Assembly: GCA_002633005.1 (NCBI GenBank)
Contig: NMRA01000038.1
Span: 1,120,883 to 1,184,882, forward strand
Direction of reading: 5' to 3'
Length of the DNA: 64,000 nt
Origin: Phoronis australis
Taxonomy: Eukaryota > Animalia > Phoronida
How positions within the stretch are numbered: position 1 is the stretch's first letter; each line of letters begins with the position of its first letter. This document shows, one piece after another, positions 25,224 to 37,760 of the stretch. Made by a program: the position numbers and the translations under genes. Below the pieces are notes generated by a model that was given only the letters and a program-made list of their open reading frames with translations, did not search any database and was not told the origin of the DNA.

Positions 25224-26073
25224 AAAAATAAGGTTCATCTGTTATCCCAGACATATTTTTCACTTAATTATAGCTTTTCGCAATTTAATTAATAATTCGT
25301 CCTCTACTCCGGAAGTGACGTTTTGGGAGGCAAGAATTTCGCACCAATTTATTTTCACATAGTCCGACTGTGAGAGCTGTCGAATCATTGTTCTACCTTG
25401 GTTGTGATAAGTTCCGTCGTTGTTTGCTTTTGTTTACGAGTCAGTCATTAGACCACAGTGTTGCTGCATACCGGGATGTACTCATTATTGCCCAGAGCCT
25501 GTAAGCAGCCCTGCTGAGTAGTGGGAGTGAAGTGAAATACAGGCCCAGTTCGACACCCAGTGAAGAGGACAGTTCGTCGTTCAATGAGAAGATCGGTGAA
25601 CCAAACTTTGATAAGTTTATTGTGGACTTGTCTACAGTATTGGAGCTATTTAGAAGGTGCCAGGTGTGTGGCGAGGGAGTCGCACGGCGGGATATAATCA
25701 GTTTGTGTGCTCAGGTAACCATCCAGTGAAAGTGTGTGGTGGGACACTTGGGCAAGTGGGACAGTTGTTCCTCTGTCCGTGAGACGATAATGAGTACATC
25801 ACGGCAAGCGGCAACAGTGTGGCATGTTGACAGAATTGTAAACAAAAGCAAACGACGACCGAACTTATTACAACCGAGGCAGAGCGATGACTGTCTCTGC
25901 AGCTCTCACAGTCGGTCTATATGAAAAGAAATTGTTGCCTCCCAAAGCGTCACTTCTGGAGTAGCAGACGAGTAACTGTTTAAATTACAAAAAGCTGTAA
26001 TTAACTGAAAAATATGTCTGGGATAGTCAACGATCCTTATTTTTGCTAAAAATGACGTGAAAAAAGGTTGCTT
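25224..26073 (+). mobile_element. Internally deleted Kolobok-type element with ~220-bp inverted arms and THAP/transposase relic
   Basis: Arms ~25224-25440 and ~25835-26073 are reverse complements. Internal PQCCCIPGCT is THAP-start-like, and KFIVDLSTVLELFRRCQVCG...VTIQ*KCVVGHLGKWDS matches the Kolobok transposase CxxC..C..GH...W.S motif. Confidence 0.72.
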
Positions 26074-26811
26074 TTTTCTTTAAGCTAAAAGTAAAAACAC
26101 AAGTACACATGTACTAATCACTGCCGTTACATGACCCACCTTCAAGGTACAGCTGGGCAGTGTCTCTGCAATATTGACTTTGAGAAAAGTGAAGGAAATT
26201 TAGGCAGGATATCAGTGTATCCAACAGGTCATATGTGTGTGCATGATTGGCTCAACCCTGAACCAGTTGCTCTTTCAGCAATTATTATTTCAATATAGAA
26301 ACTAGGGAAGCGGGATGTGTATTGGTACCCATGACATTATTCTGCAGTTACTCAAACATGGAATCTTTCGTGTTAAACATCAGTGATGTAACAATAAATC
26401 ATAACGAGGAGTTCTTAGGCATTTTCAATTCAGCAGCAGGTTTGACATTTAATCGATAAGAGCTTTGTTAAGTCACCAATTTTACTTGTGTTTGCCTGCA
26501 AATAGGTTTGAATTATTGTTGTATACAACAGCCACTTTTAAAGTACACATGCAGCCCTTGGACTCTCAAAATTGATGAAACCTCTAGAAAACAAGACTTT
26601 TTCTTCGGCAACAGCATTTAGTAAGCTTAGTGGTTATGCTGGTCACATTTTACTTAGCTGCATATCGTCCAATGTCCAAGCCTGTGGTGTCCTTGGACAA
26701 AGGATTTTGATCAAATCTGAACTCTATTTAATGTTTTATTTTGGAGATTGAATTATAGACTGTTTAATATAAAACATTCAAAACATTCTTGCTGTGGCTG
26801 TTGATTTACAG

Positions 26812-26918
26812 ACATTTGAACAGTTTGAGTTCGATGGCTGCGACAACTGTGAAGAATACTTACACCTGAAGAACAACAGAGATGCCGTTTACGATTGTAC
26901 AAGTTCAAGTTTTGATGG
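26812..26918 (+). CDS. SUPT4H1: SPT4 exon 2 ([13 protein letters not shown]...CTSSSFDG)
   Basis: ttacag acceptor and gttagt donor. 107 nt. Zn-ribbon GCDNC. Confidence 0.97.
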
Positions 26919-26987
26919 GTTAGTATTATTAAATTCTTTTTGTCTCATCAGAATGTGTTCTATGCTCATTTTTGAGTGGCCACCTTC

Positions 26988-27640
26988 CTGAACTGGGTTA
27001 AAGCCCATGTTGGCATTGATGGTAACTAAGTGCTGACAAACTTGCTAAAAATGGAGCAAGTGCACCCTGTTTTATACCAGAACCTTGCATACCAGTTGCC
27101 TATAGGTGCTGCAGAGCAAAGGTAAGACACCGGGTGCACGAACTGGATGTATGGAGAATGCTCTGCATCTGCAGACAAACCAAGCAAATGTTTCCAAGTC
27201 CTAATGAACCAAAGGTTCAAAGAAAGTCTTTATGTTTAGATAGACTTGTTATCAGGCAGGTAATCCAGGTTATTGCTGGACATTGCAACCTTGCTCGCCA
27301 CCATAACATCACAGGCCACATCACATGTTCATATTGTCCCACCTGTGGCCTGGAGGCTGTGACTCTCAACATCTGGTTGAGATTTGCCCTTCCTAAACTG
27401 GACACCCTAATCTACTACTTGGACACATAAACTCCCTGGTTGACATTGCTAGTTCATTCAGGTTTAATAGTCTTTCTATCTTTCTGGAACAAACCGTCAG
27501 ATTGGAAGATTTTATCCATGAGGAAACTGGTGATGACGGGTTCTCATGAGTCATAAACGGGTGATCAGTGTAATGGGCCTGGCCTTGCAGCCTAAGCAAG
27601 CCTAATGTATGGCAAAAGGCATCTGGCCACCTGCACTCTG
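26988..27640 (+). mobile_element. 3' relic of an RNase-H-bearing non-LTR retrotransposon (LOA/I-like)
   Basis: [22 protein letters not shown] is the RNase H C-terminus. It is followed by CRQTKQMFP...IAGHCNLARHHNITGH..CPTCG, the C-terminal Zn knuckle region. Contains stops and frameshifts. Confidence 0.85.
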
Positions 27641-28327
27641 TTTTCCTGAGTTTTTCAATAGAAGCTTTCACAGAACAATGGCTACCGATTCCCCTAGCTA
27701 ATTGGTCTTAATTGCCTCTCAGATTGGCTGATATTGACCTCACTTTTGTTCTGTGGGCAAAACTTGTAAAAGTAGCGCGGTGGTTTAGCGAGCAGTTGCA
27801 ATGGTTGTAACTTAGTGTGAACTGTCCGTGCAGTTGTAAAAGTTATAACACATTTCATACAAAGACCTGAAACTAATTACTTAAACTAGAATCTCGGGTT
27901 TTAACAATTTTAACTGTCGTGAACTATAGCAATGAAAGTTGTAGCAGTGGAAAAGTTGCAACTTAGTTTAATTAGTGTGAGCATTGCACTTGTTATAAAT
28001 TGTTGGTCCACTTTTTACGCACTATAAATTTATCCTTACGTGAAATCAAAAATGTTTTGTTATGTATACTAACCTTATGGCAATTTTATTTCTAGGTCAG
28101 GTATGGTATTTCTCCATCTATGTTACACGCATTATGGGGGACAAGTGAAATTTTATTGTGTGGAATTATCTACAAAAATGAAATATTAATAAAATTTGAA
28201 TCACATTATTTGCAGCTAGGTGATCAGCATTTGAAAATGCCAGTTTGGCTATTATTTTTGTTGCTAATCTTGACTGATGGAAATTTCGATTGTTTGTATT
28301 GAATTGACAAATGGTGACTTTTTGTAG

Positions 28328-28383
28328 TCTAATCGCTTCGATGGGTCCCGAGGACAGCTGGGTAGCAAAGTGGCAAAGAATCA
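28328..28383 (+). CDS. SUPT4H1: SPT4 exon 3 (LIASMGPEDSWVAKWQRI)
   Basis: tttgtag acceptor and gtaagt donor. 56 nt. SWVAKWQ motif. Confidence 0.97.
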
Positions 28384-29572
28384 GTAAGTATTCAAATAAA
28401 AGTTGGGGATTACTCTGTCTATAATGGACAACCAAGTAGCTCAGCAACGGCCCGTTTGTTACGACAAGCCAAAGCGTGTGCAGTCAGCCCGTATCGTCAT
28501 TCTTGATAGAAAGAAAGTTTCAATGATGGCGAAGTTGCTCTGCTTCTATCTGAATATTATGTACAGCAAAGTGTCACCAATTTCACACAAGTGCCAAAAT
28601 TGATGTTTTTCATATTTCAAAGTCTTGTAACATTATTGTGAGTCCCCACAGTTTCTTAAAAATTGTCCAATGAAAGCTGTGCTGTATATTAGTTAAGACT
28701 GGTAAAGCCTTTGTTTTGTGCTATATGTCTTTTACGAGAAAAATGAAAAAATTAAAAATTCATCTGTCTGCCATATTGTGTCCTAAATTTGTGCGATTTT
28801 ACCATATTAGGCAATGAATTTGTTAAGACAATAAGTAGAATCCATAGCTGAGCAAGAAAGTACAGATTCCGTTAACAATCTGAAAAAAATCAGTGTAGGT
28901 ATTACATAAGCAGTAATACGGTAAAGTGGGGGAAAATTGGATACAATCAAACCACTTACAAGTAACGGGCATTTACCTCTAATTTTTCTAGCTAATGAGT
29001 CTTGGACATAATGGCCTATTGTCAATTGCATTCCCACTGTCTTATGCTTGTAAACAGACAAATGTGCTTATGTCAGTTACGCAACCTCTGAAAGGTGCTT
29101 CCTTGCAAACAAAGTTGGCTACAATTGTAAATTCAACATTTGTATTATCTATGAACCTTGATACTAACGTCTTTTTATTGCTTATTTTCAACCACCTCAT
29201 ACCAAGAATTGCCCAACTTTCAAAATAATATAGATAACTTGTTTATTCAATTTTACAGCTCTGTTTAATTGGATGGCATTTTTCACCAATACTAGTCGTT
29301 GCTTCGTGTGAAGAAAACTCCCATATATTATTATTATTATATACGTATACATATACATATACATATAATTCTGTTGTTACTGGTGTGCTGACCGAATTAG
29401 ATTTCAGTAGGCATTTTCTCTATCGTTGCACAAAGTTTTGTTTTTCAATTTAATGGAAAACGGGTTGCCATGCTTTCTCATTGTATTCACTTTGGTAGGA
29501 GTATCTTGAAGCAGTCAGTAACCTGCTTTCCATCACAAAAACTAACTTTTGATTTAGACCACTTATGACTTA

Positions 29573-31256
29573 CCGTATTCGCCCAAATAAGCGCCCATGC
29601 CCCTATAAGCACCCCGCACGTGTTTTCAGACTTTGCTAAAATAAACGCCCAGTCCATGAACACCGTGTACTTGAGAAAAATGCCTTACCCAGTTTTAAAA
29701 TTCTACAGTAACATCTTCAGTTTATCAATAAGATCAGACAGTCCTAAAAAAATCATTGTGCGCGGAATTTGTAGACCACGAGCCTCGCCGCTGTCGGTAT
29801 TTAGCTGCAACTATACTCTTGAAACCTCCGCCGTGCTTCAAAAAGAATGCAGAAGTTTTGCTGATCTTGTGAGGGACGTGTCCTATTATGGTCTGGCCTT
29901 TCAGAACAGATGCAGCGTACTTGTTAAAGGGATTGTTTTGTATAAGCTTCCCGTACAGATCTTCTCCCTCAACAGGAATCCAAATTTCTTTGTACACGTG
30001 AAAACTGCGAATCGAAGGCTAATAATAACTTGACCTTTGTTAAAAGCACGTGGCCAAGAAGCGCGCCTTACATACAAGTACCTGTCATCGAAGATTAGTC
30101 TTGGGGAACTATCCATTCATGAAACGGGTAGCACAGCATCGGCGAGAAATAAATACTGGCATTTATTTCCAAAAGTTTCTAAGGCTGTAAAAATGTTTGT
30201 GTTATTTTTAGGATCTTCCAAAAAATAACTGTTTTACTGTCTCACATCCAGTCACACACCGACTCAATAACATCACCAACGGCCTCACCGAGACAGTCTC
30301 AAATGTTTTTTTAGCAGTCAGATGAGATCAACAAGTGCTAAATAAAACATGTTATACTTTACTGCTTGCATTAATTTCTTTAGTTACAATGCACACCTAG
30401 ATTGTTACATCGCGTTTACTCTGGAAAATGAACTCTGACGACACGCACGAGCTCGCTCACTCACACACGCAGATGAACTTCGACAAATAGCACGCGACAA
30501 CGTGTGTTTGTCCAGAGATTTTTCTCGTGTTGCAGAGTATGATCTATCGTAGATTTGGACTTAGAGGCGAAGGCAACCTTTTTTCATGTCATTTTTAGCA
30601 AAAATAAGATTCATTGATTATTCCAGACATATTTTTTCAGTTAATTACAGCTTTTTGTAATTTAAACAATTACTTGTCATCTACTCTGGAATGACGTTTT
30701 TGGAGGCAAGAATTTCACACCAATTTCTTTTCATGTAGTCTGACTGTGAGAGCTGCCGAGTCAGTCATTGTTCTATCTGGGTTGTGATAAGTTTGGTTGT
30801 CGTAATTAATTGAAAAATGTGTCTGGGATAATCAATGAATCTTATTTTTGCTAAAAATGACATGAAAAAAGGTTGCCTTTAATGTGCAGTTAATCCCGAC
30901 TCCACAGGAACTTAAAAATCTTAGGGACTTCTGGTAATTTGTTGACTCGAAACTATATTTTTGCTCAATAATTCAAGTGGACCTATTGGCGATCGTGTGG
31001 CAGCGATGCATCAGTCGGCGAGTTTTTGCACTGGGATTTTTTGAAAATGCTCGTAATTTAACAACAAAGTTTTTTTGTAGAAACTCTGCCATACTGGTTA
31101 CAGATGCGTCACAGAGCGTAAATTTGATGAAATCTAGCTTAGTATTTTACCTGTTTTGGAGACTGGGTTTTGACCACTTTGGGCTATAATAAGCGCCCCC
31201 CCCCACCTGAAACAAATTTTTCTAAGCACCCTGGGCACTTATTAGGGCGAATACAT
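29573..31256 (-). mobile_element. TA-flanked TIR element carrying a HIRAN-domain pseudo-ORF (~29700-30015), copy 2
   Basis: TA|CCGTATTCGCCCAAATAAGC terminus. Translation IRSFHVYKEIWIPVEGEDL...NPFNKYAASVLKGQTIIGHVPHKISK..FFLKHGG...GLQIP.TMIF. Confidence 0.88.
30571..30878. mobile_element. Kolobok-family MITE nested at a TTAA inside the HIRAN element
   Basis: TIR AGGCAACCTTTTTTCATGTCATTTTTAGC / GCTAAAAATGACATGAAAAAAGGTTGCCT|TTAA. Same family as 25224-26073. The empty TTAA site is at 12534-12537 in copy 1. Confidence 0.88.
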
Positions 31257-33165
31257 TAAGTCAGAAATTTTGACTTGCACTTTTCTTTACCATTACGGAA
31301 TTAAGTTTTGTCATATTAGTGCATCACAATGCAGGAATAATTTATGAAAATTATTTCAGCAACTAGTAATATAGGCTATATTTCAAGAGACCCTGTTCTT
31401 TTGCCGAGGTAAGAAAAAAAAATTTTTAGAAATAGTAATGTGGAGCGAAAAACAAACTTTCTTACTGCAAGTTGGGAGGACGTTTTTTACAATGCCCATG
31501 TGTCATACATTTTTGAAAAGCCCTTGGTGTGAGAAATGAAATGGTGCAAAAATCATAAAAATTGGGTGAGCAGTTACCAAGAAAATGGCCGTTGAAACGT
31601 GACAATTATGCGTAAAATATCTGCCATTCTACATAATTTCGTAAAAAATAAAAGAATATACATGTGCTTCCCATCAAAAGATTCATCTCACTGAGACAAA
31701 CATGGTGATATGTATTATTTACTATTTGGATCGATTTCTACAGAGATATTGCTTTTGAAGTGTGTTGTTAGCATATGGAACAGGAGCATCAACCCCATGT
31801 TTGATGAAAACAATAGATTACGCAGCTTCAAAGGAAAAAGGCAACGACAATACATCAGCTTAGAAATAAATGTACCTGAGCTAGGAGGAAATTTCACATC
31901 ATACCACAAGATAACATTGTGGGGAGGGCCGAGGGGACCATGGCCCCCCTAAAACTCCCAGATTTACGGGTAAAATCCTGCCTAATACTTTGCCCTGNCC
32001 CCCCCCCCCTCCTAACTAAAAATCCTGGATATGCCCCTGACATGGCCAGCACATCATGGCTTGGGAAGGCTATAGCCACCCATGTAGTAATGGATCGTAT
32101 CATGGCAAAAAACATCAGAAAGTAGACAAAAGACCATTTGGGAAAACAACCACTCTTTATCATGAAGGATTTCATCATTTACGCAACAAACTCTTTGTAA
32201 CAACTTAATTTTGAACGGCAAAGTTGCGATGCCATTATAGTTCAGCATAGCCGCTCGTGGTGCTGATATGTGGTGATTTAGTGAACTAACGACTGGTGTT
32301 TGAAAAGTGCCAATGCTCAGCAATTTGACAGAATTTCTGAAAACGAAATAATGATCAATTAAAAGAGTGATAAATTCTTCATCTATAAATCGGGGGGAGG
32401 GGGGGGACATACTGCGCAACTGCAAAACCACCAATCTCCCGACCGAGCAAAATTAGGCCTTTCGGACGATCGAAAAATGCCATGAAAACTTGGCCTTGAA
32501 TTCGAGAAAAGAACTTGAGGAGGTGCGCACCATCTAAACTACATCCTGTCCAAATTTCATGTTTGTAATCGAGAGTATAGTGCTCTTTTGGATTCTAGGA
32601 ACAAGAGGTACTTTTTCAAAAGTTGATCGCATGGCGGAAAATCGTGTGCTAAAAAAAGCTTACAAAAATGATTTATCAGCGATAATCCGTGATAAAAAGG
32701 TTACAAACTTACAAATAAAGACCAAGGTAATGATTTATAACACAAAATTGTCTTATAGTTAACTTTGAAGTCTGAAATCTGGTAATCTACCGAGATGGGT
32801 TTTACATGGAGGCAGATATAGAGTGACCTACTGTTTGATTGTCCTCGCTACTGCAAGTCACTTTTTGTGAAACGAACTCCTGAGCTTGAAAGAAGCGACA
32901 GTTTGTTATTGGTCTAGTCCCGCTCCAGAAGTTGGCTTGATTATTTTATGGTCTCGACCAATTACAAACTTATTAGTTTACTCCAAACCCCGTAGTCACT
33001 AATCACCTCAGGTACAGGTAGAAATCGGTTGGTAAGCGAAGTTAAATATTGGATTACATTTCAGTGTCAAGTGTCATGTTTGGATACCCCTTTTGGCATA
33101 ATGTTGAAGTGTCGAACAATTAACAAAAAATGTAAGGTATTCATGGGACCATTTATTCTCCATAG

Positions 33166-33287
33166 ATCGATTTGTGAAGGGCTGTTATGCTGTGTCGGTG
33201 ACTGGGAAGTTGCCACCAAGCGTGATCAGGGAACTTCAGGGCAAAGGTGTTGTGTATAGACAGATGGACACAAGTATGAAGACATAG
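33166..33287 (+). CDS. SUPT4H1: SPT4 exon 4 to stop (NRFVKGCYAVSVTGKLPP...DTSMKT*)
   Basis: ttctccatag acceptor. 122 nt. The four exons total 354 nt, giving 117 aa plus stop. GxYAVSVTGxLP motif. Confidence 0.97.
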
Positions 33288-33694
33288 CTTAGTGCACATC
33301 AGCAGGGCCACTTCACAGAGGAGTTATGTACATCAACTATAGTTGTTTCCAGGACACGTGATGTTTACACTGAATGCATGTCCTGAAAACATGACATTTG
33401 TGACAGACTGGATGGTCATATTCGGTGGAAAGTGATGGTTGCTGAAATGTTGAGAGACGGTCTATCTCAGTTGTTGTGCAAATCAGCTAGATTGTGCATG
33501 GCCACCCAGAGTAGTTGTAAGATTTCCTTCAGACAAACTGCATCTCAGTATTCATTATCACCATTTTGTGTTCATATGAATACCTGAGCTTTAAAAAAGC
33601 AACATTAAGCAAGCATCAAGAGGAAAGAATGGGGAGGCAAGCTGCCATTTACTAATTACTAGTATACTTGACAGTATGTGAACATTTAATTTGT

Positions 33695-33700
33695 AATAAA
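33695..33700 (+). terminator. Candidate SPT4 polyadenylation signal AATAAA
   Basis: First AATAAA ~410 nt after the stop, followed by T/GT-rich sequence. Confidence 0.55.
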
Positions 33701-34182
33701 AACAAATGGTAAACTTTTAACTTACGTCCTTTTGCTGGTATTTTTTCACTATTAAACCCCAGGATTGCATAATAGATTTTTTCAGCTGAGGAACTACATG
33801 ACTGACTTTGCTATTGCGTAATTGTTCAGGTTTGCTATGTTGTTATCTAGTGCAATCACGAAACTATGATGTAACACTTGTACTTCCATTCACAGTTGAG
33901 AGGAAAACACGTTCCACAAATATATGCAGTTATCTACGCAAGTTGTTGCGTAACCGGGTAGACCAATTTTTTACAGACAGGCTTCAATAAATTACAATCT
34001 CACGGTTACGCAACTATGCTAGACTGTGTGCCGTAGTTGTCTGGTACATAATTGGACATAAATTATAATTTTTTTTAATGAAGGACAAGTGCAAATTACT
34101 TCAAGTTAGTAATTTAACAAGTGTCTGACAAACTAGTGAAATGTTCAAAAATGAAAACAAAGTTAACTTTGTAACCAACTCT

Positions 34183-34368
34183 TCAAAATTCCCGTAGTTG
34201 GCCTGCAAATGCAGACATTGCTTTTTCTGCCGCATAAATCTGTGCATTCGCCGACCGTCTTTCAAGATCTGTAGCAGGACGGACTGATACACACTGAAGC
34301 TTTCCCTGTGTCAACTTTCCAACGCATCTAACATATTGACCTCTAGATAACTTCAGCAAGTCTCTGTC
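34183..34368 (-). CDS. SPATA22: SPATA22 last exon (DRDLLKLSRGQYVRCVG...QCVSVRPA...REF*)
   Basis: cttccacag acceptor. 186 nt including stop. Matches the vertebrate SPATA22 OB-fold DRELPRLIRGRVHRCVG...QCVSVRPA. Confidence 0.92.
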   Translation of the reverse strand, partial: DRDLLKLSRGQYVRCVGKLTQGKLQCVSVRPATDLERRSANAQIYAAEKAMSAFAGQLREF

Positions 34369-35480
34369 CTGTGGAAGATATGGGAACATGGCTATAAGTG
34401 ATGTTAAATACATTAAAAAAATAAAATGTCAATGAAAATACATCGTGCTGGGCTCGATTTTGCAAGCCAATGCAATTTCAGATTTTGTTTGGCGACCTGG
34501 TAAAAATCCCTAGTTTCCACAAAGTTGCCATGCAACATTCAAGCACGCACTCAAAGTACTACTGGTAGTAAACAGACGGAAGGACCAGATTGTGTTTGTG
34601 CGCCCCAGAAGTTGGGTCTACACACAGGATATCGAGTCCGAAGGGAGAAATTTGTCATAATGCACTTGGGTTATTGGGTGAAAAGGGGAAAATTTGGCGA
34701 GTTGGCCTTATGCTATGCTTCATGCTCTGTAACAGACAGAATGAGAAGAATCATTTATTAACTTCACACCTTGAATCACCATCATCAATGTAGTAACAAT
34801 GATCCATCTCTTGAGTCACTGCACAAATATATTTGAAGAGACAATGTTTGAAACTTCACTTGTACAATTTGTGCAACTATTTTAACACAATGAATGGACC
34901 AAATGGAGTCCATTGACAGCACTAGAAGATTCATTGTCACTGACTTTATTCGAGTTTGAAGTTTAAAGATTTTGGCTTGACCTAATTAGCTCTGCGTGGA
35001 ACTTGATGAACCCGTTCTTTATAAAGTCACTGCATCAGTAACAACGCCATCTAGTCTCCTTGCAGATAACTCGCCCATTGAGAATACAACTAACAGTTAT
35101 TCTGCTTTTGTTCCCATAATGCACCTTGCCACTTTACAGGAATTCTCCACTTATTTCGCACACCGGGCCAAAATGGATCATTTCCATTTTTTACTTTTTT
35201 GCAAATAATGGGAACTTTAAGAAATGTTTTTATGAATGTGTACACGCTGCACTCATATGGTTTTAATAAACTAAAATGTTCTTAATATTTACAATTAATT
35301 TTGTGGAGAAGTTTAAGCAGAATTTCACTTGTCGGACATGTTGTGTGCTAAATAAGAGAATTACTACTATGTAATTTATAGTGAAGTCCATGAAATGCCA
35401 TTCATAAGCCTTTTTGTTAGATAAGGAGATTCCTCGAGTGCTGCTGTGGGTGGTATGTGATTCCTCGTTTCCACACTTAC

Positions 35481-35581
35481 CATTTCGTGAAATACACACT
35501 TCACAGCTTGTCCATCACTTCTCAGCATGAACTCTTTAGCATGTTGCGTGTCACTCTTTACCACTGCAGAATCAATGTTGC
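35481..35581 (-). CDS. SPATA22: SPATA22 exon (GNIDSAVVKSD...AVKCVFHEM)
   Basis: gttgtgcag acceptor and gtaagt donor. 101 nt, phase 1/0. Matches LDSAV...F.MRD...CVFYEI. Confidence 0.9.
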
Positions 35582-37211
35582 CTGCACAACAATAAGCAGT
35601 TTGTTGCATGATGACAACTGATGTACATGCATACAAAACAGTGGTGTCTCTTAATTTCTCTTGGTACATTAAAAGTTCCTGTTTGGGACAATCTCTGAAA
35701 TTTGGGACACTGAAATTTAAATCGAAATTGAATTTTTTTCGATTTTGATGATTGGGACTTGGGTGACTTTGGCGTTTATTGTATTTCGAATAAATGGACA
35801 CCACGTGTTGTATCAACAGAGTCTGAAAATAGACTTGGCAGTTCATAAAGTCATTGAAAATAGCTCACGCAACATTTTCATGCCTTCTAGCTATACTGTG
35901 TAATTTCAAGGTGAGTGATCATTTGTCATTGATAGTAGTTCTTGAATTTGGGACGGCCAATATTGCCTGTTACCTTGAGCAAAAAAATTTCACTGTCCCA
36001 AACTGGAAAATTTTCATAGTAGTGTAGAACTGAGTACATGTATTTCTTTACTGTATTTGTTCTCTCATTGTCTTCAAAATGTACAGACCTGGACTTTTCC
36101 GAGCTTTATAAAGGTTTAAGTAAAGGTACAGACCCAATCTTTTTTGTGCTTTACTAACATAGAAGCGGACAAGCTACAGACAATACAGGATTGTAGTGAC
36201 TGTTGCCACAGCCATTACAGATGCTCTTCGATTAATCAAACATAATGTAGAACTGTCCTGAGGACTTGACAGGGACCTCAGGGGTCTCACGCACCACTGG
36301 CTTATGTACACTATTTTGAAAAGGCTAATTGCCCAGTCACACATAGTGTATCATGAAAGAGATAATGATACATGCAGCTGACGCAGCAAGTAGAACTACT
36401 CTCATTTATCACTGTGGTTTGCTGTTGACCCCAGACCGTCCGGAGTTGCACCACATACCAACTCCGAAAAGTATCTCACGATGCTTTAGCGTAATGGTTG
36501 TCTGACCATCACTATGACTGCTAAATTCAGGCCAAAGGGCAAACTAAAACTCACAATTTCACCTTAGTTTGTCTTGAATAATAGTAGATACACAATGCAT
36601 TCAGTAGATACACAATGCATTCAGAATCTAATACAACTACGAGCAGCTGATCAAAACAATTTTAGCAAAAAAGCTCATCCCAACTGTGCGTTTATATTAG
36701 TTAAATTAAAATGCAGTTAGCATTTCAAGCCAATCACTAATCGCGCAACGGGCTGAGGCAGCATATGAAATCCCGCATATTTTAAAATCCCCCCCAAAAA
36801 AATCGAATCGAAAGCGGACACAATTGACCAGCATGACCCATAGGTCCTAAAAATTGGCCCGTAGAGGCCATGTGCATCAATTGACTCATAGCCACGTTTC
36901 TCTAAAGTGATTCCTTCTGAAATAGTCGTGCATTACCTGTAATTTAGGCTGTAAACATAATTAGTCATGACAGGCAAATGGTATTTTGTACAATTATTTT
37001 TGCTATGTACTGTATGTGCACAATCAGTGAGAAAGCTAGCAGTGCAAATTATGGTAGTGAAAACTTTCTCCACCATTTTTGAATGAGAAATTTAGTGATT
37101 TAAAATTTACCATCACACAGCATCAACTTTTTAAATATGGAAAACAGGAGGCAATTTCACTGATTAGATTTGTCTCAAGTTGAATTAATACTGTACTAAA
37201 AGTGAACTAAC

Positions 37212-37371
37212 CATAAATCTCAAACACAGCTGGCACGCCAGTATCACTGTTACCCCACTGCTTCATTTTACCAACGGTTACTGTAAATACTCGCAGACTT
37301 TTATCCGAGTTCTGAGTGGTGGGCTTCGCTTTCAGCACCATTGGTTTTTCCATAGCCCATGATGGCTGCTG
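37212..37371 (-). CDS. SPATA22: SPATA22 exon (QQPSWAME...KSLRVFTVTVGKMKQW...VFEIYG)
   Basis: Tandem CAGCAGCAG acceptor and gttagt donor, phase 0/1. Matches SLRII...MKYW...LFEV. Confidence 0.87.
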
Positions 37372-37463
37372 CTGCAAATTCAAAAACACTACGTGGATCT
37401 GTTTTCTATGCACTGCATTTCTTTCATAACACGCCGTTAAACATTTTGACGAAAAATAATATG

Positions 37464-37688
37464 TGGACCATAAGATGATAAAAGTAATGATAGTTATTAA
37501 TGGACCGCTGGACCATAAGATGATAAAAGTAATGATAGTTGTTAATGGACCGCTGGACCATAAGATGATAAAAGTAATGATAGTTGTTAATGGACCGCTG
37601 GACCATAAGATGATAAAAGTAATGATAGTTATTAATGGACCGCTGGACCATAAGATGATAAAAGTAATGATAGTTATTAATGGACCGC
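37464..37688. repeat. Minisatellite, 5 x 45 bp
   Basis: tggaccataagatgataaaagtaatgatagtt(a/g)ttaatggaccgc repeated five times. Confidence 0.97.
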
Positions 37689-37760
37689 AAAAGATAGACG
37701 CATGTGATATGTTGTCGGAAAATTTTGTTGAAGTGATGTCTACCTACAGGTGTTTTAGAA

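Noticed and set aside
34183-34413. RMI2 or another generic OB-fold call
   Set aside because: The RCVG...QCVSVRPA, DSAV...CVF.E and PxFxxKKR motifs across four exons fit SPATA22 specifically.
37464-37688. CRISPR-like regular repeats
   Set aside because: Units are contiguous with no unique spacers, there are no cas genes, and the context is a eukaryotic intron.
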